Assembly (NCBI GenBank): GCA_010909165.1
Contig: MU008209.1
Coordinates: 62,001 to 126,000, forward strand
Source of the DNA: Anthoceros angustus
Lineage: Eukaryota > Plantae > Anthocerotophyta
Direction: 5' to 3'
Length of the DNA: 64,000 nucleotides
Below are positions 49,021 through 60,830 of the stretch, one piece after another. How positions within the stretch are numbered: position 1 is the first letter of the stretch; each line of letters starts with the position of its first letter. The notes below the pieces were generated by a model that was not told the DNA's origin, did no database searches, and saw only the letters and a program-made list of their open reading frames with translations. The translations under genes and the position numbers were made by a program.

Positions 49021-49671
49021 CGCCTGATCAGCCTGAGCGAGAACTGACACGCCGCAAGGCAATTGCAAGTGCAAATGGCGAACAGAATGGAGATTGCGGA
49101 GTGGCTTTCGAGCTACCTTGAGAATGAACTATCTTAGTGGCTTTCGAGCTACGTTGAAAATGAACTATCTTACCTTTCTATAACCATGGATTACTGCAGT
49201 GGTATGTCTAGGTGCGTAGGGTGGATAGGTTTCGGGTTCATACCTCACAATCCCCCCTTATCATTTTAAGGGTCCCCACCACACTCGGATATGCTAGAGC
49301 CGTCAGATCCGGACGGGGTTGGGACTTGACGGACCTGTTACCGCTAGGGCTGAACGGAACCAGGATCGGACGGAGCCGTTGGGACGGAACAGGCTCCTTA
49401 GGACCGAATGGGACCAACCATGGATTATTCCAGTGGTTTGTCTAGGTGCGTAGGGTGGATAGGTTTTGGGTTCATACCTCACAATCCCCTCTTATCATTT
49501 TAAGGGTCCCCACCACACTAGATATGAATTATTCATTAAGGATTAAAATTATTCGTTAAGAATTCAAATTATCCATTAAGAAATACCTGGACCTCGCCAT
49601 CCTAAATCCGCACCAATCAAGGTATGGCTTCGAACCTAAGAAACAATGTCTTTTCTAACCGTTGTTTTGAA

Positions 49672-50432
49672 AGCGTTGTTTTGGAGCGTTGTTTTGGAGC
49701 GTTGTTTTGGAGCGTTGTTTTGGAGCGTTGTTTTGGAGCGTTATTTTGGAGCGTTGTTTTGGAGCGTTGTTTTGGAGCGTTGTTTTGGAGCGTTGTTTTG
49801 GAGCGTTGTTTTGGAGCGTTGTTTTGGAGCGTTGTTTTGGAGTGCCAAATGCAGTAGTGAAACCGGCCGTCGTGTTCGGATGCAAAATGTAGTAGTGAAA
49901 CCGGCCGTCGTGTTCGGATGCAAAATGTAATAGTAAAAGCGGCCACTGTTTTGGGGTGCAAAATGTAGTAGTGAAAGCGGCCGTTGTTTTCGGGTGCAAA
50001 ATGTAGTAGTGAAAGCGGCTGTTGTTTTCGGGTGCAAAATGTAGTAGTGAAAGCGGGAGTTGTTTTCGAGTGCAAAATGTAGTAGTGAAAGGGGCCGCTG
50101 TTTTGGGGTGCAAAAGGTAGTACTGAAAGCGGCCGCTATTTTCGGGTGCAAAAGGTAGCAGTGAAAGCGGCCATTGTTTTCAGGTGCAAAATGTAGTAGT
50201 GAAAGCGGCTGTTATTTTCATGTGCAAAATGTAGTAGTGAAAGCGGCCGCAGTTTTGGGGTGCAAAAGGTAGTAGTAAAAGTGGCCGTTGTTTTCGGGTG
50301 CAAAAGGTAGTAGTAAAAGTGGCCGTTGTTTTCGGGTGCAAAAGGTAGTAGTGAAAGCGGCCGTTTGTTTTGGGGTGCAAAATGTAGTAGTGAAAGCGGT
50401 CGTTGTTTTCGGATGCAAAATGTAGTAGTGAA
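49672..50432. repeat. Compound minisatellite: ~13 x 13-nt AGCGTTGTTTTGG, then ~15 x 38-nt CAAAATGTAGTAGTGAAAGCGGCCGTTGTTTTCGGGTG
   Basis: Periods measured directly; consistent with the 13-aa and 38-aa repeating ORF translations. Confidence 0.92.
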
Positions 50433-50479
50433 GCGGTGCGGAGGAAGCCGCAACGCTTGCCTTGTACATAGAGTTCTCC

Positions 50480-53400
50480 TTGAGCTCGGATCCATGCGCC
50501 TTCAGTCCTCACTATCCGCACTTTGTTATTTTCAATTCCATTCCCACCTAGTGAGTAGGCGATCAGAAGGACCATTACTTGGATGTCGCCCAAGTCGGAA
50601 ATTTGAGCCCATTATCCATAGTCCACCCCGTGGATCGCGATTCGTGCATCCCGAATCAGGCCTGCTCCACCCATTTGGAGAGGGTGTCCGGCGCCGAATG
50701 AGTAGAGAGTAATGGCTCCTTTGGGGATACCTCGAGATGAGGATTTCATTGGAGGTGCTTTGGCCCTGACGAGACGCATCACGCCGACGCTCTCAAACCA
50801 CATAGCTTTGGCGAGGGGTGGAGAGGGTATCCTCGCGATCTATCGACTATCACGCACTCGGCGGCGTGAGGCGGTATCCCTCATGACGGCTAATGTGAGA
50901 GGGCTTATAGTGTTCCCTTGGGGATGCCCGAGATATGAGGATCTCCTCCGAGGTATTTTGGCCTTTGAGGGCGCATCTTGCCTCCTCGAACGGTTTCAAG
51001 CTATTTGATCTTGAGCGATGAGTGTAGAAGGGTCAGTGTATGATTTTAGAAATGAGGCCAATTTTGCGCCTCAATGCGTTTTGAGACATAGTGTAGACAA
51101 AACCGCCTTGTGTGCTCGGCGGTGTGTTGAGAACCGGGGCAAGGGGTGATGTTGCCATCGAGGCACCGCCACTCCGTGTGACTCTTATTTGTATGGTGGA
51201 CGGAGGTTGAAGAGGTCTATGTCGTTGTGAGTCGCTACCGCGATCAGGCTGGAGAATACCTTCATGAATACTAGGAGCAGCGTGATAAGGCACCACCTCT
51301 GAGGTTTGATGAGGGAGCGCCGTGGCCTGGGGCTAGGCGGACGAATCCCACTTTGTATGTCGGGAATATGCGACATGAGGTTATTTGGTAGGAGAATACG
51401 AGACGTAGCCATTGTGTCAAGCTTGGGGGGCAAAGTTTTAGGACTTCATAGGAGAGCTGCTCGTACCCCGGTCCTCGTTCCCCTCGTGACAGCGAATGTG
51501 AGAGGGCTTATAGTGTTCACTTGGTGGATGCCACGAGATATGAGGATCTCCTCCGAGGTGTTTTGGCCTTTGAGAGGCATCTTCCTCCTCGATCGGTTTC
51601 AAGCTATCTCGATCTTGAGAGATGAGTGTAGAGGAGTCAAGTGTATGATTTTGGAAATGAGGCCAATTTCCACATCCGAATGCGTTCTTGAGATGCGTAA
51701 AGTGGATAAAAACCGCCTTGTATGCTTAAGCGGGCGTGTTCGAGAACCAAGACAAGGGTGATGTTGCCATCGAGGCACCTGCCACTCGGGTGTGACTCTT
51801 ATTTGTATGGTGGATCGGAGGTTGAAGCGCCTAGATCGTTGTGAGTCGCTCCGCGATCAGCCGAGAAGACCTTCATGAATACCGGAGCGCGTGATAGGGC
51901 GCCAACTCGAGGTCGATGATGGGCCGTGGTCAGGAAGACGATTCCCACTTTGAGATGCTCGGGAAGATCACGGCATGAGGTTATTTGGTAGGAGAATACG
52001 TAGGACGAGCCATTGTGCCAAGCTTGGGGGCAAAGTTTTAGGACTTCATAAGAGAGCGCTTCGGGTCCTAGTAGTTTCCCATCCCCTTCGGATACATGTG
52101 GAGATCTCTTTAAGAGTTGGTGAAATTTGGTTCTAAGGGCCCTTCACGGCTCCAGGAGATCTTGTAGTATTGTCTCGGTACTGCAACGCATACAGGGGTG
52201 AAACCACGGGAAGGGGTGAGCTCCTTCTCGGTCGGTGTCTTGTCCTTGACATTGCGCCACCCAATATTCGGCAAGAGTGGCCATGTCCGCCTCTAGTTCG
52301 GGGGCCGTTTCGGCGGCCGGCCTAGAGAGCCATTTGTGGAACCTGCCACGGTCTTGCTAGTATCTCTCGTTTATCTGGATCAGGGACTCCGTTTGAAGGG
52401 AGCGAGTTCGGATCTCAAGGCCCCCACGGAGGTTACCTTGAGGCATTGAGAGGGGCCAATGTTTGACTGCTCAAGTATCTCGTGCTAGGGTCATTGAGTA
52501 GAGGCGGACCTTGAGCTCGAGGAGCTCCATGGTGGTGTAGTCACCGAGTTCCTTTGCAAGCGTCTCCATAAAGTATTTGATCATCGAAGGAGGCTTGTGA
52601 CTTGTTTTAAAGCCGAACATTGTTCGGTCAGTCCTGCGTGAGGCGATAGGGAGAAGGTGAACCTTTCTGCTCGTTTCACTAGTGGCTCTAGTGCCAACTG
52701 CCCCAATGCGGGCTCGAGGGGAGTGTGAGGGCGTCGGTAACGGGACACATAGAGTACCCTCTTCTTTTGTTGAGTGTGTCGAGTGGTCCATTTCTCTTTT
52801 TGAGACGGGCGGGGAAAGCCTCGGTCATGGGAGGGGGTTGGCGAGGTGGTCATTGGTCCAAAGGGGGCTCAAGGTCCTAGGCCTTGAGGCCTCGTGGCTA
52901 TATACAATAGGTGCATGACCAGGGTCCTCACAGGGCCTCATGTAGTCGGTGCCCCACCAGAGGGGGAGCGTGTTGCCTTCGTTATCTATCCTTTCCCATA
53001 TTGCTCTTATCTCGGAGAGGAGGCGGGGCGGGGATCGGGGCGATCGGGAGGCTCTTGGTCCCAAGGACTCGAACTTGCCTCTCCTTCCCGTACATTTCGA
53101 TTGGTTATATGTGCAACTCTCAAAGGGTTCTTGTCTCGGCTGGTCGAGAGTCCAAGGGGTTTCGGGTCTTGGTTGTGGGACCTTGAGTCTTGACCCCTTT
53201 CTCTCTTCCTTCAACTTTCATCATCTATGCTTTTTGGGGCGGTTCGTCCTTCCTCCGAGTGTGGAGTCATGTTCTGGTCTTGCATGGGGGGCAAGCTGCA
53301 TTCTTACTCCCTGTCTGAGCACATTTCTCGATTGTTCTAGTGTCTCGTATGTTTTAATAGGAGATCCTTGTTCTCAGGAGTCACCCTAGATTGTTTGGGC

Positions 53401-53705
53401 CATCTTTTGTGGAGGAAGGGACTTCTCCCTTCACTCTTATCCCATGATGGTTCCATGTTAAGTAGTTCGGGAGACTTAGTGCGAAGCCTTGGCGCCATGT
53501 CCCGAAGAGTGTGCAAGCAGGCTAGGCTTGGAAGAGTGCACTTCTCTCTCCCGGGCGGGTAAACCCTGCGCAGCGTGAGTTAGCTCGTCCCCAAGCGAGA
53601 CCAGCAGCCAAGGGAGGCGCAGTAGACCAAGTGTATATCACTGCCGGGAATTGAGACTCCGACACAAAGTTGGATCAAGTCAACCGTTGTTGAGCGGCTA
53701 GGACA
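50480..53705 (-). mobile_element. Unclassified repeat with internal ~600-nt tandem units; possibly a decayed retroelement
   Basis: Units recur at ~50900/51500, 51145/51757 and 51410/52012. Whole block repeated at ~60830-63970. No confident protein motif. Confidence 0.4.
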
Positions 53706-53710
53706 TCGCG

Positions 53711-54946
53711 CTAACCGACTGCTACGCGGTCTAATCGACTCATGTTGCCTATTGGTGGGTGAACAATCCAATACTTGGTGAATTCTTTCCAACACAATGA
53801 TAGGAAGAGTTGATAAAACTCTCGTATCATTGACTCTCGTGTTAATCATTAGAATAAAATTCGTACGTGTTTTCTAACGTCATAACGCTTTGTGGATTGG
53901 AATATGTCAATAGCTATACTCTCATTCCTATACTCTCACTAGTAGTCATTCCGAGAGAATAAAATACAGCATTACGGTTCTAACGTCATAACGTTAGTGG
54001 TTAGCATATCTCAACAAGCTGCGAAAGAAACGTGGCTCCATCAATGTGATGTAGTGACTTTGTCAAGGCCGAAATAAGAATGTGAAGTGCAAGCCTGCCT
54101 TGTTTGATTCAAGAGTCGAGGCGGAAGAAGGACTAGAAGGCCGTTGTACAATGCCATCCACTATGCCAAGCAAGTCAGAGTGTTGAGCATGGAACGCGAC
54201 GCTTGCTCCATATCTCAAACTTTGTGCCGTCAAAATAGTCTTTTCTTTGAATTCGGTAAAATTCATATAATTAATAATTGGTGTGGGTGGCATCGTCATG
54301 GGAGAGACGTCGATGCCATTGTTCGATGATCAAGCTATATAATATGATAATATAAAAGAAGTAAGTTATGGCCAGAGAGGCGTCTAATATAGTTATATAA
54401 AAAGCGATAAGCAAAATTATTATGAAAACAAAGATTAAAGTCAAATAGCCCAAGAACTATGCACGATCACTTGGGGCAAAGATCAGTAGGTGCTAAACGC
54501 GTGAGTAAAATTGATTGCACCAACTCGGAGGCGATGAAGATGATTCCAAAGATGATGACACTCAATTGGAATGTTCAACTCTTGAGCAGTAGCACTTGCT
54601 TGCTCATAAAGATAGCGCTGAGTGGCGATGTTGTCAAATAGTCATTCCAATGGATGGATCAAAAAGGACGTTGCTATAAACACTTGGCTGCCACAAGCCA
54701 GTTATCCCTGTGGTAATTTTTTGATACCTCTAGCTTCAAATTCCGAAACTAAAGGATCAATAGGCCATGCTTTCGTAGTTTGTATTCATACTGAAAATGA
54801 AAATCAAATGAGCTTTTACCCTTGTGTTCCACACGAGATTTTTATTCTCGTTGAGCTCAAAAGGATTTCTATCTTAGGACACCTTGTTGGTCCGATTTGG
54901 CTGGGGTGACACATGTGTTCGGCACATATGTTAAAAGATAACGCGC
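53711..54946 (-). pseudogene. Fragmented 28S (LSU) rRNA pseudogene with an ~840-nt insertion and a terminal micro-inversion
   Basis: 53711-53814 and 54651-54883 match the reverse complement of LSU domain V (CTATTGGTGGGTGAACAATCCAA; GCTGCCACAAGCCAGTTATCCCTGTGG). 54884-54946 is the next 28S segment in opposite orientation. Confidence 0.9.
54063..54299 (-). pseudogene. Possible Copia gag N-terminal remnant inside the 28S insertion
   Basis: HSDLLGIVDGIVQRPS resembles the 'L.G.VDG...P' Copia gag motif. Short and weak. Confidence 0.35.
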
Positions 54947-55639
54947 AAGAAGCACGCCTTAAGATCGGAAGGGTAAAGCCCCGCCTCCACCTCATGGAAT
55001 AAATAAAATAACGTTAAAAGTAGTGGTAAGGGCGGCCCCGCACCACCTCATGAAATAAATAAAATAACGTTACAAATAGTGGTATTTCACTTGCGCCTAC
55101 GGCTCCCTTATTCTACACCTCTTAAAGTCATTTCGCAATGATTGCATGCCGCCATGCCTTCTTTTATATTACCCTGTGAGCTCAAGGGTTTTCAGAGACG
55201 GCGCCTGTTGGGAATACCCTGCAAGAGGACGACCTAGTTTGCACACTCGCATAAGAACGTCCAATCGTTGGACCGGAAACCGCGGTGAAACCACGGAGAA
55301 ACTAGGAGAGGCAACTTCGAATACGTTAACAGGAAACTACGAAGAGGCATGGAGAGAGACAAATCAGAAACGTGCCACAGGAACTTCGTGGAATAACAGG
55401 ACGGATAGAAGGACACGACGGAGGAGAGCTTACAAATTGCAGCCTAGCAAGTGTAGGAAGGAGGAGGTTGAATTGGTGAGTGCATCATTCATCGCTGCAG
55501 ATCGAGTCGCCGATCGGAGCGGACAACATGACGCGCATCAACTACTTCGCGTGAGCCATCTGAATCGGAGGCCAATGCACTCCGTTTCACGCTCCGGGAG
55601 GTGTGTGCTACGTCTTCCAGATAGAAGAGGGTCTGAAAG

Positions 55640-57985
55640 AGGTTGTAGTGACCGCCGTCTTGGTTCGTGTGACTTGGTGGACTCATCGTTTCGGACACAA
55701 CCCCTTGCGTTAAGTATGACTGAAAAATTGAGAGATTCTTTCGAGAGATCCTTCGTCTGGCCATGAACGTCCCGACCGTTGGGCTTCAGGTGTCTCGTGC
55801 TTACATGACGAACGCAAGGTTTCTGATAGTCTCCTACATCTGGGTCGTGTGAAATAATCCAGCCAGGCAGGCGAGGTGTTGGTGCCCACCTACGACATCG
55901 ATCTCTTCTGGCACGCACATCAGCTGAGTCCTGTGGCTTATCAGGCTGACACGACGGCGATTTTGGGAAGAATCTTCAACCACGATGACACTGATAGTGA
56001 CAGAAGCTCCGGGCAGAAGCTGGATGTAGGATTCTCGGCAACATCTGAGCTGTGGGGACAGGTATACGGGTTTGAGTACTTGCGCTGCCGGAGAAAGTGA
56101 TATTGTTTTCGCAAAGATCCTGGTTCCTCCTCCTCTTCACCATCGCCTGGGCCATCGATTGGGTCATGCCCATCAACAGTGTGCACACATCTACCCACCA
56201 GAACCACCTCATTGCTCATTGCTCCGTGAAGCAGACAAAAGGTGGACCCTCGCATTCCACGGTCCACCCATAAGGACGGCAGGTCACCGACGATACAACA
56301 CCTACCCGGTGGCAAAGCACTCAGCAAGTCCTGGGCTGTCCGGCTCTCGCATCTGCTGCTACTAGGCCGTGCCCACGAAGCTGCTTCCAAGTTGCAAACC
56401 ATCCTGTTTGTGGGGACAGGAGTCATCAGCGACCCAGCAAACAGACAGACGGAATCAAGTGTCCCTGTTCCGGCAGCATCTCCAGAGAGCGTTGTTGATA
56501 ACCGCTGGGCTGCAGGGCTCATCAATCGGCTATTTCCGGCCGAGGTAACCACAAACAGCCCAGTTAACGCACCCGCAGGTGCTTCGCTCTCAAAGGTGTC
56601 AGATCGGAGGTGACTCGCCACAGCGACACCTTCTGGATTCTATTCCACCTGCGTCCAGATTGGCCCACCCAAAGGGAGGCAGCCCGGCAGGGCCTCCACG
56701 CTGAATGCGGTTACCACCGCCCTCTTAGTACTGTGCTTGGTGTCACTGTGGTCTCCAGTTCTGGCTGGACCGGCAGTTGGAATCCGCTACCTTTCTTCAG
56801 AATCTTTCCTCGTCAGGGGCCACAGATGACGTGCTCGAGCTTGGAGTGCTGTGACACAACACGGTGCTTACCTGCTTATAGAACGTGGGCAAATCTCACC
56901 TTGGAAGCTCCTGCCTGCTACGGACTGTAGCATTATCTTAGTGGACTGTAGAACTAGTGAGCCGTGATGTCATGCATTTTCGAGATTGATCTTCCCTGTG
57001 GGTTTCGGACAGGGCCCACGCATCCAGCCCTTCTTGACCGCTTTATAAGCGCAGAACAAGGTGAGCTCTCATTTGGTGCATTCCTGTCGTCGTCTGTTGC
57101 TTCTTGCCATCGTGCTGTTGACGGTTGTGGAGGGCCGAAGCCTTCATAAACATATCCGTATTCCTGTCGTCACAATTCGTCAAAAATTGCGGCTTATGCT
57201 CCAGCCTCATCCATGTGTCTTGTGACATATCCGTAGGCGAGAGCCGGGGCAGCTTTCCGATCATCAGTCGATGTTGATGAACCGTCAGGACTCTCATCAT
57301 ACATGTACAGCTGCCACGAAATGCCACCACCGTACTGCTCGAATTCAAAAGGAGGGTCACTGCATGTATTGGAATTCAGGCCACATTCAGCCGACCATGT
57401 GTCCAGAAAGAAAGGATCGGCGAGGGTTGAGGGAAAATATCACCTGGGATGACGAAACCAGACCCAAAAGTCGTCGAACTGTGTCGATTCCAGCCAGGTA
57501 GTTAGGACTTGGGAATCTTGCAGGAGTTTTGTGTCCACTCTCGGGAGTTGTGCTGCCCATGACCATGAACCAGGTCCAAAATCTAAAACGGCACATGAAA
57601 AGCACAGAAATGACAAAGAGTAGGGAACCATTAGCATGGCGAGAGACACCATGTGGGCTGGTTTTCGGGCTTCTCAAGAAGGACGGCATGCTCAACAAGC
57701 TCACGGCCTCCAAGCAAATTGGCGCACTGTCTATCTCGTGGAAGGAGCTGCTGGCTTCTCCAACCTTATCACTTGACAAGAATTTTCCACTTTTGTCACC
57801 TAGACCAGGCGGAGGAGACTCGAAACCTGCTGCTCTGCGTCTTTCAGTCTCTGTGACTCCACCGACGAAAGGGCCATACCATCTTCGAACGGAAGCTCTG
57901 AGGCATGCCACGGATGATGATGGGCTTACTGTCATTTCCGGCCATCCATCATCAGGAATTCCTCAAAAGGGTAGATGGATCCTGT
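55640..57985 (+). pseudogene. GRDP: Second GRDP/DUF1399-like pseudogene (longer copy)
   Basis: VPTYDIDLFWHAHQLSPVAYQADTTAILGRIFNHDDTDSDRSSGQKLDVGFSATSELW, plus a 3' part matching 46560-47095. Confidence 0.75.
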
Positions 57986-59904
57986 TGTGCAATATGCTCA
58001 TTCCTTTCTCCCACCAGAAATCTATGTACCTGCTTTTCACCTCCATAGTCGCCACAGCAGGTTTCTTGCTAGCTCCTGCTACCATTCTTTGTGTTTCAAT
58101 CCTGTCTACAACGGTCCACATACCTGCATCTGCATAGGCGTTAGCCATGAGCACATATGCTGACGCGCTGAGGTCCAGCCTACAATGCTTTCAAAACACC
58201 ACATCGCCCTCTCTATATCCCGTGACTTTTGCAGGCATTCAACAAAGACCTTAAGCCCACAACATTACTTTGGCCTCACATGACAACAGCATCTTCTCAG
58301 CCTCATCTAAATGGCCCGCACGCCCAAGAAGATCAATCATGCAATTGTAATGCTCAATAGTAGGTCGATGCCATGCTGTTCAGCCATGGAATCGAAGTTT
58401 GCGACCCTCCTGGACCAGTCCTCATGACTGCATGCTGCTAGAAGGCAAATAAAAGTAGCACCATCAGGCTGAATGCCATCAACTAACATCTCCTCAAAAC
58501 AAGCTAGTGCTGACCATCATCACAAGTACCATACCCAGATATCAGGGCATTCCATGTCACCACATCCTTGGTGTTCAAGCTGTCAAAACCTGGCGTGCAT
58601 CTTCCAGTTCGCCACATTTTGCATACATGTCCACAAGGCAGTCACCCAACACTACGTCATCTAGCAGTCCTCTCAACAATCTGTGAGTGCACCTGCTTGC
58701 CCTTCTGTAAGGCACCAGTGCTTGCACAGGCCTTCAGAAGGCAAGAAAAGTAACATGGTCAGCCAAAATCAGGCCCTCCTTCTCCATTTGCCCATACAGA
58801 CCAAGCGCCTCATGTCCAAGACCTTGCTGGGCATACCCAGCAATCAATGCCGTCCATGTCACCACATTCTTAGTCGCCATGCTGTCAAATACCTGGCGTG
58901 CATCTTCCAGTTCACCACATCTTACATACCCATCAATCAAAGCATTCCATGTCACCACATCCTTTGTGTTCATGCTGTCAAAACATCATGCATCTTTCAG
59001 TTCGCCACATTTTGCATACATGTCCACCAGGAAGGTACCAACGAACAAATTGAGAGGAATGCCACTGCGATACATCAAAGTGCACCTTTCTGCCAGACTC
59101 CAAGTCAGCGGCAAATGCACAAGCTTGAAGGGCTGCTATGAAGACGTGAGCATCCTTTCACTCCTGACCTACGCATCTCAAGGTACAGTTGTATGGCCTC
59201 ACCAGGCTTCCCATGCTTGGAGTAGGCAGAGATGATGGAAAACCACATGAAGGCATCTGGTTTAATTGCCCACCCTGGTGAACACATCCATGGCCTCCTC
59301 TAGTCTACCTCCACGTGCATACATGCGCAAGATATGGTTCTCAAGTATGCATCCGACTCGTACCCGAGGTTAATAGTGAGGTCATGAACTCGTCGCCCTA
59401 AAACAAGATCCTTCTTAGCTGTACACAGTTCCAGCAGAGTGTAAACCAGAGACCGAGAAATAGCAAAGTCTGTCAGCGCCAGAGAATCCAGGGCTCCAAC
59501 GGCCTCCAAAGCTTCCCATGCTGACATGACGTGCTCACGGTTACAGCAGTGACGACGCCCATTTCCGATTCTTCACGACTGCCAGGTTCAGGCTTATCCG
59601 GAGACCTGGACTCGGAGGAAGAGGTACCATGACCCATCAGCATATCTAAGAAACGAGCTACTCATCAACCCAACCTGGAAACCTGTTTACCCACAGCACC
59701 TCCCCGGACCCGCCATCGCTGGATACCCGTCCCCACCCACGTATTCTCCCGCAAATGGAAATGCTCGGCTCCTTACACTGCTGCACCTGGAGGCTTGCTT
59801 GTTTGCCGGGAGATGAGCCCCTGAGGTGAGGTGAGCGGGAGCTCCTCGTACAACCCTGTCCACACACCAATTTGTTGGGTCCACAGGAGTCCCCGCCGTC
59901 GCAT
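57975..59904 (-). pseudogene. Second copy of the truncated PLS-PPR paralogue
   Basis: Near-identical to 47060-49020, with additional 1-2 nt indels. Confidence 0.85.
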
Positions 59905-60539
59905 CGCCTGATCAGCCTGAGCGAGAACTGACACGCCGCAAGGCAATTGCAAGTGCAAATGGCGAACAGAATGGAGATTGCGGAGTGGCTTTTGAGCTAC
60001 CTTGAAATGAACTATCTTAGTGGCTTCGAGCTACGTTGAAATGAACTATCTCACCTTTCTATAACCATGGATTACTGCAGTGGTGGTATGTCTAGGTGCG
60101 TAGGGTGGATAGGTTTCAGGTTCATACCACAATCCCTCCTTATCATTTTAAGGGTCCCCACCACACTCGGATATGCTAGAGCCGTCAGATCCGGACGGGG
60201 TTGGGACTTGACGGACCTATTACCGCTAGGGCTGAACGGAACCAGGGTCGGACGGAGCCGTTGGGTCGGAACAGCCTCCTTAGGACCGAATGGGACGAAC
60301 CATGGATTATTCCAGTGGTTTGTCTAGGTGCGTAGGGTGGATAGGTTTTGGGTTCATACCCTCACAATCCCTCTTATCATTTTAAGGGTCCTCACCACAC
60401 TTAGATATGAATTACTCATTAAGGATTAAAATGATTCGTTAAAATTACAATTATTCATTAAGAAATACCTGGACCTAGCCATCCCAACCGCACTTTCAAT
60501 CAAGGTATGGCTTGAACCTAAGAAAAAATGCCTTTTCTA

Positions 60540-60830
60540 ACCGTTGTTTTGGGCGTTGTTTTGAAAGCGTTGTTTTGGAGCGTTGTTTTGGAGTGCCAAA
60601 TGTAGTAGTGAAAGCGGCCGGTTGGATGCAAAATGTAGTAGTGAAAGCGGCCCTTGATTTTGGGGTGCAAGATGTAGTAAAGCGGGCCGCTATTTTCGGA
60701 GTGCAAAATGTAGTAGTAAGCGCTATTGTTGGGTGCAAAATGTAGTAGTGAAAGCGGCCGTTGTTTTGGGGTGCAAAATGTAGTAGTAAAGCGGTCGTTG
60801 TTTTCGGATGCAAAATGTAGTAGTGAAGCC
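60540..60830. repeat. Shorter copy of the 13-nt/38-nt compound minisatellite
   Basis: Same units, fewer copies (~4 and ~6). Confidence 0.85.

Noticed and set aside
49845-50432. Possible CRISPR array
   Set aside because: Units are contiguous with no unique spacers, no cas genes are present and the context is eukaryotic. The same applies to the 29-nt array at 19.7 kb.
49617-50495. Repetitive ORFs (QNNAPKQRSKTTL; TTFCTRKQRPL)
   Set aside because: Translations of the 13-nt and 38-nt satellites.
50890-51560. GHPQGNTISPLTL / GIHQVNTISPLTF resembling the non-LTR RT GxPQG motif
   Set aside because: No YADD-like motif follows at the right distance, and the segment is part of a ~600-nt tandem unit.
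53815-54650. Group I intron or R2 element in 28S
   Set aside because: The position is near known LSU intron sites, but no intron core or RT/endonuclease is recognisable, it is not the R1/R2 site, and the host rDNA is already decayed.
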